A stretch of DNA of 62,630 nucleotides, the filler included, from Hausera hauseri (lineage: Eukaryota): the NCBI GenBank assembly GCA_046269625.1. It is 11 parts of 11 records of this genome, joined end to end, with 100 filler letters (N's around TTAATTAATTAA, not from the genome) between each part and the next. Parts side by side here need not be neighbours in the genome. Positions count along the whole stretch, not along the records: positions 1 to 4,192 come from JBJURY010709769.1; positions 4,293 to 9,124 come from JBJURY010421031.1; positions 9,225 to 17,133 come from JBJURY010882069.1; 8 more parts are not named here. One strand, written 5' to 3'. Of the stretch, positions 1 through 12,285 are shown piece by piece. The translations under genes and the position numbers were made by a program. Every line of letters begins with the position of its first letter. Positions within the stretch are counted from its first letter, which is position 1. The notes beneath the pieces were generated by a model, which saw only the letters and a program-made list of their open reading frames with translations, searched no databases and was not told the DNA's origin.

Positions 1-1285
1 TAATTTAGTAACACCAAAAGTTTGTAAAGGTTCACCGGACGCAGTGAACAGTTGCTTTTTTGAAGTGAAATTGTTTTTGATGTGCTGTGTTGGTGGTATT
101 AAGAGATTGCTGGACCAGTATCTTTGAGAAAATTAATGTTTAGCTTTGTTGGAGTGATAACTGCTGCTTCCAACTTGAATACAGCAAAAAAATGTGTTGG
201 CTATTTTTTTGTAAGTTGTTGCCTTTAATAGAACTTGCCGTGTGTCCTAGCGGCGAAATCAGTCTTTTGTAGCTGGAAAGTTTGGCCTACTATTTTGTGT
301 GGGTTTAATAGTGTTGATTTTATTGTGCGTGTTGTAGCTACAGCCAATTAGGCATTTTTGTGCTTTTGTTCCAAATTTTGAGTGATAGGTGCAAACGATG
401 TTGCTTGTACTAAAATCGGAGGAGTAAAACTTACAACCAATGCAACATTTTGGAACACTGTTACAAAATTTGCTGTGATAGTAGCAAATAGGGGAGGCAA
501 TCCTAGAAAAATCTCGTCGAAGCAGAGTTAACACATTTAATTTCTCGTTTATATTATTAATTGTCTTTTGCAAAATTTCATTTTTTGTGCGTAATTGCGA
601 CATTTTTGCTGCAGTATTGCATTTTGTTGTTGGTAGCTTGTTGTTAAGGCCGCAGAGACAGTTGGTATTGTGTGTGAGTGCAACACTTCATAGGCTTTGT
701 CCGCCAGTTCGGCTAACTTTTCCAGTGCCGTGGAGTCCTCGATCACAGTTAGCAAAGCTTTTATTTGAAGGGCAATGCGTTTAGGAAGTAACGACGAAGA
801 AGTTCTTGACTATGCTCAGATGTTACGCCAAGGGTACTGAGGTGAGACAAAGATATGCGCAAAAATTCGGACGACTTATGAAGGCTCATAGCGTTGTCAA
901 TATAGACACTTTGAATGATAGAGTCGATTGACGGCTCAGAGAGCTTAGGAACGGCACTGTAAAGTTGAGAATATGGATCGATGTGGTAAAGGATGTCGAT
1001 TATGTTAGTAATTTTAGTCTTGATGGAAGCAGGTAAATTAAAAAACAGGCTGTTGGTTTTGGATAAGGGGTCGACGACGTTTTGTGATTGGAGCCAGAAT
1101 TGATGTAGTTTTAGCCATGTTTGGGTTGAGTTTTGGCTGTCGAGGAAGTATTCTGTGCAGGGTGAATGATTGGGGAGTGTGTGCTGTGTCGGGATGTTTG
1201 ACGTACTTTGTTCGGGTAAGTAAGTAATAGAGATCGGTGGTTTGGTGGGTTTGTCCGTGGTATCAATAGTTGGTGGTGAATCCAT

Positions 1286-1497
1286 GACACCACGAATGCA
1301 GAAGTGAATGTGAAGGTGAATATAGATGGAAGAGGGTTACAGATTCCCAACGAGAGGTACCGTGGCGCCGTCATGTGTGAGGTAAAAGTCTGGTGTGCAA
1401 AGAAGTGTGGAGATGAAGTTATAGATTACCGCTATGTTTAAATGTGTTACTGCATTTTTGCAAATGTGTTTGTTATTTAAGAAAAAGAATAGGAAAT
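1286..1497 (-). pseudogene. Ubiquitin-like domain in frame with Gag (copy A, one stop, ends IRGV|M)
   Basis: FLFFFLNNKHI...DFYLTHDG...L*PSSIYIHLHIHFCIRGV followed by Gag MDS at 1285, in the same frame as ORF 1337-1561. Confidence 0.65.
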
Positions 1498-1526
1498 AAG
1501 GAGAGGTCGTGTAGCTGGGGGCGTGT

Positions 1527-1634
1527 CCTGGGGCGGCAACGAAGGGTGCCGTCTGACACAATGGTACAGGGTGGGCTGTCGGGGCTTCAGCCTCGGCACG
1601 GCGGGTGACAAATTTCGGGGTAACCGAGGTCTCC
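1527..1634 (-). repeat. 108-bp GC-rich 5' terminal repeat of copy A; PPT-like CTGGGGGCGTGT lies on the opposite strand at 1515-1526
   Basis: Colinear with 33661-33768 and 38323-38430. Similarity stops at the junction with the Tudor-gene sequence near 1635. Confidence 0.75.
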
Positions 1635-2800
1635 GCTTTTTTGCTGTCTTTTGCAGGACTTTAACACGTTCAAAACCGTCTTTGGATTGGTATGCAGCGA
1701 TAAGTCCGGGTTGAATAAATTTGGCATTAACACTATGGACATTATGACGATAGATAAAATAACTGTTTCTCATTGATTCGACCTGCAGATAATCGGATTT
1801 AAATATCTCAGTAGAGCCCTCAGCAGAATGGTTATAAACATGGATGTAGAAATGATCCGGATTGTCAAAGTATAACATCCTGAATTTGATGTGCCCCTTA
1901 TCAGAAGGACAGGTTTATCAACTTCAAGTTGAAGAATATGACGTCGAGGACATGATGGTAAAATGCATTCACCATACGCTTTTATTGCCTGACATATTTT
2001 GTCTACACCCTTTGACTTTTCCTTTGCTAGATGAAAGTCGACTGCTTTGTCATATAACCAATCTGGTCTCTTACAGCCACATCGCCTTAGAACCAAGCGT
2101 AAACAATAAGCATTCTTTGGACTAAATTCATTCGGATTCAGAAAGATGTTGGAATGACAAAGAGATGTCTTTTTGGTTTTGGATTTAGATGCTGGTAAGA
2201 AAGGGAATTTAGAAAATTTGTCTCTCAGGAAATTTAATTGTCGACCGAATGTTTCTTTTGTAAAATCGACGTGAAGCCATGTATGTGCATTATAAATCGA
2301 TATCGCAGTTTGTCCAAGAGCTTCATCCGAAATTAAAAGAACAGGCATTGTAAATGGTTTATACTGCGAAAATTCAGATGAAGCAATTATAAAACAATAG
2401 TTTTTTAAAGACTGTCAAACGTCAGCAAGTTTAAGATTCACAATTGAGAAGAATATGCATATTACCTTCGTGAAAAAATTCTTGTCCAACACGCAAACGT
2501 CCGAGCAGCACGACATGTCGGAAAAAATGTTCTGCCACCATTTATCGGTATTGAACTGGTAGTTGATCGTCCTTGAACGAAAGGGCAAAAGAAGGGTTTT
2601 TAGAGATCGTCCTTGTAGAACGATTTTTGTACCCCCTAGATATCCGATCGGTATGTTGTGATGCCAATATCTCAGTATGTTCTGTGTAATATCATACGCC
2701 ACTGGTCACCGACAGTGGCCTCCGTGTTCGGAAATGAGGATTTGTCAAAATATGTCGAATGGTACAACTTTGAAGCTGATTCGTGAACATCAAATTCGCA
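1635..2800 (-). pseudogene. TDRD12/Yb-family-like Tudor protein fragment, frameshifted and interrupted by the retrotransposon
   Basis: CQAIKAYGECILPSCPRRH resembles the TDRD12 Cys/His motif. It is followed by an extended-Tudor start (IKFRMLYFDNPDHFYIHV...IQPGLIAAYQSKDGFERVKVL). Probable ~54-bp GT-AG intron near 2413-2466. Confidence 0.6.
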
Positions 2801-3174
2801 CTTTTGCAAAGATAAATTTAAACTGGTAATAAAAATTTCAGATTAACTGAATTTACACAATTAAAACGACTCAAAATCTAAAACCGGAATTTTTCAATAA
2901 TTATAGCCAACAAATTCAACAATTTTCTGCACTAAATCTGACTGACATAAAAGTAAATGTGGCGAAATACACAAAGTTCCACAAAGCAACCCAAATATTC
3001 CAACTGCAGTCAAATGTTTATAAGTTGGTAAAAACGTCAAAAAAATATGGCTCGTAAATTTCAAAAGACGCTAAAATTCTTTATTTAATATTTAAACAAT
3101 TTTTTTTTTCATGTTCGTAAAATTTATTGTGAAATGATACAAGTCAATCATATGCAACATTTGAAATAATCATT

Positions 3175-4192
3175 CTACACACTTGAAAATAAATCCGAGA
3201 TAGATTTCATTAAATCAATTGCATCGAAATGAGCTGGAAGTATACCCAGAGCCTTTCAGATAGACAAATAAGTGCTCTGGGCGTCACCCATTCGTTCGGC
3301 CATCAAGCTAAAATTGTACTGTAATTCAAATAAATTTGGATTTATTGATTCAGGGGCTTGTAAAAACTCCCGGATTATTGTACGATACAGCATGTTCATT
3401 TTCATATGATAATGCCATTCGAAAATTCTGATATCCAAGATTACTATCTCCGAGACTCAGTACAAGGATGCGGATATTTTAGTATACATCAGCAACGTCA
3501 TCTTTGCTTGCCAACTTTAAAGCCTTGTGGAAACAAGTAATGTGCATATCCAATTGCTAAGAGTAAAAAAAGCAAAGAGCCAAATTGTGCAATAAAGCAA
3601 CATTTTCAATAACCATTTGAAATAGGCGCCTGTAAAAATTTAAAGCCATTTCTGGTTAGTCTTTATAAAAGTACTTATTTGCAACGAAGGCAATAACTTC
3701 AACGTTCATATTGTCGTCTTCTAAAATAAGTTTATATATGTCTTTGCATTTGTCCCTTTCATTAAGATCTTCAAAAATACGAGCTTTAGCAATTAAAAGT
3801 GACACATGAGATGGGTATTTCTCTAAACCCGAATCACATATTTCCAATGCCTGTAACGGTTGATCAAGTTTTGTAAATATCTTACTAAGCTATAAATATG
3901 CATCCAAAATCGGTTCATGTGTTAAAGCAGATCGAATCTGTTGTTCAGAATCGCGATATAGACCCAATCTAAAATAACATTTTCCCAACTGAAGTTTCCA
4001 CCACCAGTCATTAAATCCACATGCTTCCGTTGATAGAGCTGATAGAACATCATCTTCGTAATGTAGAATATATTCAAACAGCGGTTTAGCCAAAGCTGAT
4101 CGTTTGGCACACTTTTGAAAGTTTAATCTCGAAAGATTAATAAAAACTCCATCTTGATTAGAAGAGATTGGTGCAATTCCCAAACGGATGAA
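3175..4192 (-). pseudogene. TTC8: TTC8/BBS8 (BBSome TPR protein) processed pseudogene, C-terminal two-thirds
   Basis: DGVFINLSRLN...LFEYILH...DWWWKLQLGKCYFRLGLYR...KLDQP...PEMALNFYRRL matches BBS8. It has several in-frame stops and deletions and no introns. AATAAA at 3128-3123 is followed 13 nt later by A10 (3109-3100). Confidence 0.92.
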
Positions 4193-4292
4193 NNNNNNNN
4201 NNNNNNNNNNNNNNNNNNNNNNNNNNNNNNNNNNNNTTAATTAATTAANNNNNNNNNNNNNNNNNNNNNNNNNNNNNNNNNNNNNNNNNNNN
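4193..4292. other. Artificial contig linker (first of ten; others at 9125-9224, 17134-17233, 23136-23235, 27322-27421, 32083-32182, 42409-42508, 47271-47370, 51397-51496, 55477-55576)
   Basis: Each is 44 N + TTAATTAATTAA (stops in all six frames) + 44 N, and content changes abruptly across each. There are also 10-N scaffold gaps at 13605-13614 and 22721-22730. Confidence 0.97.
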
Positions 4293-5639
4293 TTATCAAT
4301 TTCAGGCTTGGTACGATGGTAGTGAGCTGGTTCCGAGAGCAGCAGGTGAATTTGGATTTAAAGAAGATTTAGCGTCAATAGCATTGATGACAGCAACAAC
4401 AGTTTACAGCTCTATAGAAAATCTATTTATTGTATTAAATAAAAAGTACATTCACCGATTGTACGATACAATTTACTTTAATACTGTTGAAAAGGTACAC
4501 GGTGAATTAAAGAACTTGAAAGAGAAAATAATGGACAAAGTACGAGACTGTCAGTTTATGAATGTACAATGAAATAAAGAAAATTGGATACGGTATTCTT
4601 AATGTGCGCCATCTCGTTGTCTGTCAAATGTGTTCCACCATTGTAACCCAATGTCCAGAATGTAAATGTGCTATAATGGAAATTTTACACATTTATTAAG
4701 AATGGATTCAATAACGAAACGGATCAGTGACGCGTAGGTAATTTGTATCATTCTGATGAGACAGTACTCGCAAAGTAAATGTCTATTGTTTACAATGAAA
4801 GCAAACCGGTATAAACAAATTTAATATAAATAGAGATGCAATTTCATTTTACTTTTGTCTTTTTTAAACAATGTCTTTGGAAAACAATTCAGCAGGTGAC
4901 AGTTCCGCAATTCTCTCAAAAAAGCCACGGTACAGCGAATATTCGGTCAGAAATTCCCTGTTATATAATGTATACAGCTTACATTATCTGCGCAATGCTG
5001 TTCAATTTTCATTGGCTCAAACGGTCAAAATCAAACCGGTAAAATATAGTCCATTGAGGGAAAAGATCAGTGACGATGATTTGGATACAGTAGAATACAC
5101 AATTAGAAAGTTGACAGTAATTTGGTGTTAATTAACGATATCCAAGACACATTGTCGATTTCTTTCAAAGAAAATATGGAAAAATTGTCTGTTAACATGG
5201 TGGAGAAACAGAAGCAGCAGTTTTGCCACCAGAAGGAGCTAAAAGCCCTCTAACATTGAAGTGAAAAAGATACAAGGATCTGCACGGCGTTAAATCACGA
5301 ATATGGAAACTAGGAAAGCTTACGCTGATTTGACTTACTTTGTTTCTGATTTTTGCTTATAATTAATAAATTTTATTAATTTTGTTCTTGATATTGTTCC
5401 TCGCCACATTAAGTTAAATATAAAAATGTATATAGATAAATTAAATAACAACGAAACAAAAGGCAAAAACAACGAACAATATACATTATTTATACAAAAT
5501 ACACAGATCACAATGAATTGTCATAATAAATGGGTCACTTTGATCTGTCTGTATCATTAGCACCAAATTTATGTGTGTGCGTGTGCGTGTACGTGTTTTC
5601 TTCCAATCGCCGATGTCCGTACACCCAACTCTAATTCCG

Positions 5640-7900
5640 CCCAACCCACTTACGCTTATCATTATTGCATGATAAAGCGACTTTTGTATTTGCCATAATT
5701 GGTGTTCAATCGATCGGATGATCGTTTGTGACACAACAGCTATTGTTTGTCCTCCGTATCCTCCTTCATAGATACGGCGATAACCATCATGGTTTATTTC
5801 CGTCTGGGCCAAGTGAACTCCTTTGGTGCGCATATTCGATCCACCGTCAGTTAAAAGGCTATAACATTTTGGTCTTAGAAATACCCATTACCGATACTGA
5901 AGCCAACTTTCACTTTTATCATTGAAGCAGCCAATTTTGTTTGTCATGGCGTTTCTGTACAATGAATGACTCTAGGTAATTGGAATAGTCCAGTAATCCG
6001 TCTGACTGCATTTTCCGCAGTAGTTGTTCGCGACTGACGTTTTCCAGTTCGAAAAACTGTCTGTATCATTGGCAATTATATTGATCTTGCATCCGCCGCC
6101 GCCAAACATTTGCCGGTATGGTGCAAAATGGCGATACTATAGCTCATACATCTGCAACTTGCTCAGATCCAATACCACTTGTCCTATATAACTTGGCCGG
6201 TCCAGTACGACATCTTCCCTGTTTAAAACACGGCAACCAATTCATGGGCAATGTGCATTGATCGCCTGAACTGCGCCTTGCTGGTGTACGTGATCAACCG
6301 CTTTTCGCTATTGCATAGATTTACACTGATCCGCTTTTTCAGATTCTATACTGTTTTTCCGTACACAGAATTGTTTTTCAGTTTGTAGTCTTTTTCACAC
6401 TTCGTACAAGCTGCAGCTCGTTTCTCCGAATTCCGACTGGTATACGACTTGAATATTGGAGCCTGTGCGAATAGGATTGCGCGATGTAATTGTGCGACGC
6501 GTACACCCAACTGCATGTAAAATTGCAACAAATGCCAATGAACTATGTAGTTTTGTTTAGGTTCATGCGTCATAAGCAGCTTCTTCACTTTCAAGTCAGG
6601 TGGACATTGGCTGATTGGTACGACCGGCAGTTCATCTAGAAAGTCACGCAGCTCATCTGGTACCACGAGATTGACATCCATCAGGTATACGATTGAGCTG
6701 CTTTCTGTTGTGTCTGCTCTCGGCGGATTTTTTATTATTGCGTCCAGGTCCTGCTTGTCAACTAACCATTCGAATAAACCGTACTGTAAGGGTCGTGAAA
6801 GCGCCCAGCCGTACAGGTTATTAATGTCGATATACAACATTAATGTGGTATCATAACTGGTTACGTGATGCTTGTTGACAAATTTAATGCCGCCGCGAAT
6901 ACCAACATCAAACGGCCGGTATATTTCAGGGTATTACAATAGCTCAATTTCCCGATCCAATGGCATTAGAGCTGATGTACAATTCATTCCGGGTATTTAT
7001 TAAAAGTTGAGTGGCTCCAATCTATCTTCTTCCAACATTTAGCTCAAAATGTCTGAGACACATCGGCTAACAGGTACACATCCAATTTCAGATAGTTAAC
7101 CATGTATTCCAACAAGTTTCTGCATCCAAGCTCTGCCCAAAACGGCTGTACTTTGTGACATTCTTCTTCTGTGATATCGGGCCACTGCGGTGGTAATTCG
7201 TCTGTCGTCTGGAGCCGCTCGTACGATATCGCAAAGTCATATGGCAATGTGCCTTTGCTACGCGCAATATGCGCAGGGAACTGAGTCATTGTTAGCGGCA
7301 CATCTGGCAAGGCATTTACCTGCTTTGTTAATGATTCATTAAGAAATTACCATGAATCGAGGAATCGTACCTTTAACCGGTTAATAGGTGCAGCCGGAGA
7401 CAGGTATTTCTCCATCGTAGTCGGAATTACAGATGGTTCCCTGTGCGGAAATACGCTTATTGCCCATTTCAAAATATGGTGGCAATCATAACCCCTGAAG
7501 TTATGAAATACCACCAGTAGGAATGGCCGCATACGCCTTGCCAAATTGAATAAATTACATGCTGCTCCTAAGCATCGACCGGCAAATTAATCTTGATCCG
7601 GTACGAGCCGTTTCTGTGCATCGAACGGTAATACTTTATGGCACAGGTAACATTTATGTGTTACTGCAAATGTCATGCGTTCATTTTCATCTGTCCAATC
7701 AGGTTTGGGGCTATTATCGCAATACCACGATGCGATTTCAGTTTCCACTATGATTTGAAACTGGTGCAAGAAATGGGGTACACAATTCCATCCGTGAAAA
7801 ACATAATACTGAAGTTGACCTGCTGCTTTTATTGGGACAACCAACATACCCACAGATATTGGGACATGTTTTTGGTCATATATGTTACGCCGTGGTGAGA
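5640..7900 (-). pseudogene. Protein-primed family B DNA polymerase (Polinton/adintovirus type, endonuclease VII-like insert), degraded
   Basis: CYLCHK; VVFHNFRGYDCH; KVRFLDSW; KGTLPYD; YLKLDVYLLADV; LYIDINNLYGWALS; YKLKNNSVYGKT; C-terminal TKGV...IRSIEHQL. Many frameshifts. Confidence 0.92.
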
Positions 7901-7943
7901 TAGCTTCGATACCTGCATATACTATATATGCCGAGCTGTCTGT

Positions 7944-8423
7944 TCACATCGTACTTGACTGTAATTTTGGGAATATTGGCTTCATGTTATTCATGTTGCT
8001 GTTGATGTGTTGATGCTGTTCCTGCTGATGCTGCTCGGTATTGTTTCTGATTAAGTTGTCAAGACTTGTGGAGGCCTGATGTTTCCTACTAATTGTTGAG
8101 GGCATGCTGCTGCTGCTGCTGTTGCAGCTGCTGCTTTTAGTTGAGTCCATAACTAGTTGTTTTTTCGACTGCTTAAACTGGTTTAAGTGGTCATTGTGCA
8201 TATTATAAAATTGTTCATAGTTGATTTCAGCAACTATTGAACCACTGGAGTAAATGTAGGCCCGTTTATTGTGCAGCGTTGTGGTGCAATAGTACTGATC
8301 CATTGTACTATGACAACCACTAACGTTGTGCACTTTATTATTGCAGTTATGTGGGTATGTGGAGCAATGCTCAACCATCATCTTCTTAGGCCGAGTAAAC
8401 GGTCTGAGATTATGCATGTGCAT
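7944..8423 (-). CDS. Hypothetical Ser/Gln/His-rich ORF upstream of pPolB
   Basis: 159-aa ORF codirectional with and just upstream of pPolB. No recognisable domain. Confidence 0.25.
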   Translation of the reverse strand: MHMHNLRPFTRPKKMMVEHCSTYPHNCNNKVHNVSGCHSTMDQYYCTTTLHNKRAYIYSSGSIVAEINYEQFYNMHNDHLNQFKQSKKQLVMDSTKSSSCNSSSSSMPSTISRKHQASTSLDNLIRNNTEQHQQEQHQHINSNMNNMKPIFPKLQSSTM

Positions 8424-9224
8424 CTCACAAAATAGACGTACGGGCCTTAGGAAGACACATCACATGCTGGATACACATACGTGTCCTTTCCTCCAACGCT
8501 ATAATATTTCACTATCTGTTGATGGCACTGATCCTCCACATGTATGCTCGAGACGCAATACATGGGATATTGCTTACATTTCTAAATTTAAACAAATTAA
8601 GATTTAAAATAGATTAAAATTATAAATAAAAAAAATTAAAATACATAAACTCATAAAATTAAACATTAAACATAACCCAAATGGTCTGTTAAATTGCCTT
8701 ACTCTGTTATAAACATTTGTTCCACATACTTCTGCTACTACTACTACAGATCAAATGGAACAGTACATTGAAAGTGAGATTCAGAAATTGACCGATGACA
8801 TTTTGTCCGGATGTGTTTGATGTACAGTTTTTATGTGAACTCACAGAAGCGAAAATAATGAACAGACGAGAATATATTGAATTGGTAGTCAGATCTCTCT
8901 TCGTAAAACGTATCGAGGATGAAATGAGACGAAAGCGGAAAAAAACAACGGATTAATTCCCTCATTGGACGTGTATTTCCTGCTTCGCTTTGTATTCTAA
9001 TGAAAAAGTTGATTGACCGTATTTAATCACAAATATGTATTATTTTGCTATGTTTGTTTTCGTGAATAATTGTAATTTATTTCACGTGCCTCTGTTGTAA
9101 CATTTTAGTATAAATACATGCACTNNNNNNNNNNNNNNNNNNNNNNNNNNNNNNNNNNNNNNNNNNNNTTAATTAATTAANNNNNNNNNNNNNNNNNNNN
9201 NNNNNNNNNNNNNNNNNNNNNNNN

Positions 9225-10480
9225 TTTTATAGTTACAGCCTGAAATACAATTCCGAGCATTAGATCTAAATTTTGCATGATAGATGCAAACTATGTTATC
9301 TGAGTGCAGATTCGCGAATAATACCTACACCCTAAAAGTATTTATTTGCTTTGTTATTAAATTTGTTGTGCTAATAATATAAATGACCGCGTTAGTGACG
9401 GTGTTCGATTTCTGGAAAGAGAATGCATTCGATGAGGCAAGGAAGCATTCCGTCGATGTAAGGAAAGTTCATTCAGCGTGTCATTGATGGTGTTGATTGT
9501 ATGTTGTAGTGCCACATTTTTGGCACGTAATTGGTTCAATTGGTACTCGATAGATGTATGTCGTTGATTGTCATCGGTCGTAATAGCGGTTGATATGATG
9601 GGTTGTGATTGGATTTGTAAGTCTTCGTGTGCTTTATCGGCCAATTCAGCTAGTTTATTTAAGGCTGTAGAATCTTCAACAACGGTAAGTAAAGCCATAA
9701 TTAGAATGAGTAAGGCGTTAAGGAAATGTTGTCGAAGTAGATCTGGATTGTGTTCCTTGGTGACTCCTAGAGTACGTAAGTGAGCCAATGAGGCACGTAG
9801 GAAATCACTAGGTTTTTGTGTTCCCATTGCGTTTTCATTAAAAGGCGTTGTATTATTGAATCAGCTTTAACACAGCATTGAACAATTGCGTATAAGAGTC
9901 AGGGTGTTGAAAAATGTCCAATAAGTTATGGATTGAGGCCTTTATAGAGTTTGGTAGAAGGTAGAGTAGATGATGGACTTTGAATAATAAGAATGTAATA
10001 CCGTTGGACTGTAACTAGAGTTGATGGAAGTTGAGCCAAGTTTTGCTAGAATTTTCATTGTCTATAAATTATTCAGAACAATGTGGGGGTATAATTGTAG
10101 GATTTTTGTAGAGAATTGATTTCGGTTTTGTGGTCACCTTATCTGTGATGTCACTGGTTGGTGAAGAAATCATGCCGCCGCGGATTCTAGGGTGGATATG
10201 AATACATATGTAGTAATGTGAGGACATGATGTGTGGGAGGTCAGTTAATATGAAACCATTGTGAGTAAAATAGAAATCACTGAAGACGGTGGTATTATGA
10301 ATGAGGGCGTATAATTGTAATGTCTTGGTACGTTGTGTAACGTGTACGGTTTGTATTAAGTTATTATGTACAAAAAGGTAGAATGAAAACGGTGGCGATA
10401 GACGGCAAACCGGATAATGTGGTATCTCGACGTGGTCATTCGAAGCCAAGCGGGTTGCTGTTTCTTTTGAAGAATCTGAC
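9225..10480 (-). mobile_element. CsRn1-like gypsy copy C (divergent; Ubl + Gag)
   Basis: Gag MGTQKPSDFLR...LAELADK (9357-9827) and CHCC remnants near 9230-9370. Homologous to copies A, G1 and G2. Confidence 0.88.
10174..10389 (-). CDS. Uninterrupted ubiquitin-like domain (~70 aa) ending IHPRIRGG, directly followed by Gag Met (10173)
   Basis: FYLFVHNNLIQTVHV...DFYFTHNGFIL...YICIHIHPRIRGG|MISSP parallels ubiquitin MQIFV...QRLIFAGKQL...TLHLVLRLRGG. Confidence 0.75.
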
Positions 10481-12285
10481 CGATAATTTTGGCTTGACAT
10501 TCCATCTGAAATGGATCCCGAAATATTTCGTTGGAATCCTTTCGTTATTCTGCCTCCATAGATAAACAACTGTAATATTTTGTGAATCCAATAACAAGCA
10601 CAACCATATCGGCATCGTAAAATCTGCACAAAAGAGTCTGCTTCAAAAAGAATTTCTTTATATATCAGGAACCAATTGTATGATTTTAGTTTTATTCTGT
10701 AAAACGCAACGGGAATGTACAATTGTTTGGTTCGAGAGGCAAAGATCTACAACCGAAAAAGATAAAAGTATTGTTTTCTATTTTACTAAAATTTCCGCAC
10801 AGAGGGTTAAGGTGAACATCTGATCGATATATGGACTCCCTATGGTTAATGAATCTATTGCGCATAAAACTGATGCTTACTGAAGAAAGTCGACAATGAC
10901 CAGAAGCGAACGTATTCTCTCCATAGTCAGAAACTCCAATCAGATACTCTTGCCACGAGAAGGATAAATCGGGCCGACTTTGCAATGATGTGCATTAATT
11001 CTACGTCGTCTCATTACAGATTCATCAAATTCAATGGATGATTCGGTGTTGGGTTTAGTAGATTTGACAAGACAAGGTGCAGGTGATGGGTAATTAACTA
11101 TGACACAAGGTGACTGTATCATTTTATTAATGTCAAAAGATATGTTTCGATTTATCTTATTAATGTTTGATGTTGTGTGGCGAAAAGATAAGTAAACGAA
11201 TGTCGAAAGTTATATTGAGCGCCACATTGTTACTTGTTTCAATTAACTAAACAGCTGGTAGTCACTGTAATACCACCCCTCTCTACAGGTTATGTAAATG
11301 ATCAAATTATGTGACTGATCAACATTATTGCAATTAACAAACATATTTATATATGGTTCTTCTTCAATAACAACAAACGTTGATTGGATACAGTTCATTA
11401 TCATTTGTAAATGTAAATTAGTATGATTTGCACCCTTTAACATAATATAAAGTAAATCGTAAAAGTTCCGTTCAAATCCGTTTGGAAAATGAAGCATGAA
11501 GAAACTGGACGGGCTTTCGATAATAATATTAACACGGTATTCTCACAACCAACGGCTGCGTTTGGTAAAATACGAAAGTATATCACCCTGTTTAGTAAAC
11601 ACCTGTGGGAGTTTCGAATAACTTTCTTTCCGTCAAACTATTACAATCGGGATATTTCAAATAACTCTAAAGGAATAAACATTGGTATTAAGGGAATTCG
11701 ATGAATATGTAAGAAAATTCGACATGTCAATCATAATTATTGTAACTACGTTATCGGTGTCAATTGCACAAACCAACTGTCATCGTTCATATCGCAGTTC
11801 GAGAAAATTTCTCTTATTTCGCATATTTCGAATTTTAAATATGCGTTCCGTAAAAAAGGCTCTCTTGGTGTCGTAAACCAGTCGAACGCTTGTTTCCATT
11901 AAACATTTCATTAGTAGACTAATGTTCTTCCCACTTACAATGACCTCGTTTATAGAAATTCGATATTAAGATGATTTCACAATTCTGCTGATAAGAAGAA
12001 ACTGGTGCGCTGTTAGAATCCCACTTTTTAAGTACCTCGAATGCTATTTTATATTTCGGATGTGTTAAGCCAGTCGGTGAAATTTTTGATAAACTCTTCA
12101 CGGACAGGAAATGATCTACTCATGCGTGAAAACTGTTGCTGGACAATCTGGGTATAATCATCCGTAACTCTTTTCTGACCAGTAAAGTGAATTGGAGTAA
12201 CGTTATTTGATGTACAAGTAACATTATAAGAATATATATTTTCAATCTGAGATGTTTGGGTTTGAAACGTCGGAGGGCTAATATT

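Larger units (their letters stand above)
1..1634 (-). mobile_element. CsRn1-like Ty3/gypsy retrotransposon, copy A (terminal repeat, Ubl, Gag, start of protease), degraded
   Basis: Gag ORFs 761-1285, 549-755 and 259-603 carry two C-x2-H-x9-C-x3-C motifs (CYYHSKFCNSVPKCCIGC, CTYHSKFGTKAQKCLIGC). Protease motif FLKDTGPAISLIP near 95-135. Colinear with copies at 33661 and 38323. Confidence 0.9.

Noticed and set aside
3175-4192. Alternative genetic code (TAA/TAG reassigned) explaining the BBS8 stops
   Set aside because: Stops fall at both Gln and Tyr positions and co-occur with deletions and frameshifts, which is ordinary decay.
4237-4248. Recurring TTAATTAATTAA palindrome as a biological repeat or CRISPR-like array
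   Set aside because: It is always centred in exactly 44+44 N, so it is an assembly linker. Adjacency across linkers is meaningless.
4750-4780. Hammerhead ribozyme core (CTGATGAG...)
   Set aside because: It lacks the required GAAA and supporting stems.
4293-5330. Short ORFs possibly from a transposase or viral gene
   Set aside because: No motif could be recognised with confidence.
10500-12250. Minus-strand ORF fragments between copy C and CBP
   Set aside because: Possibly a decayed host gene, but no family could be assigned by eye.
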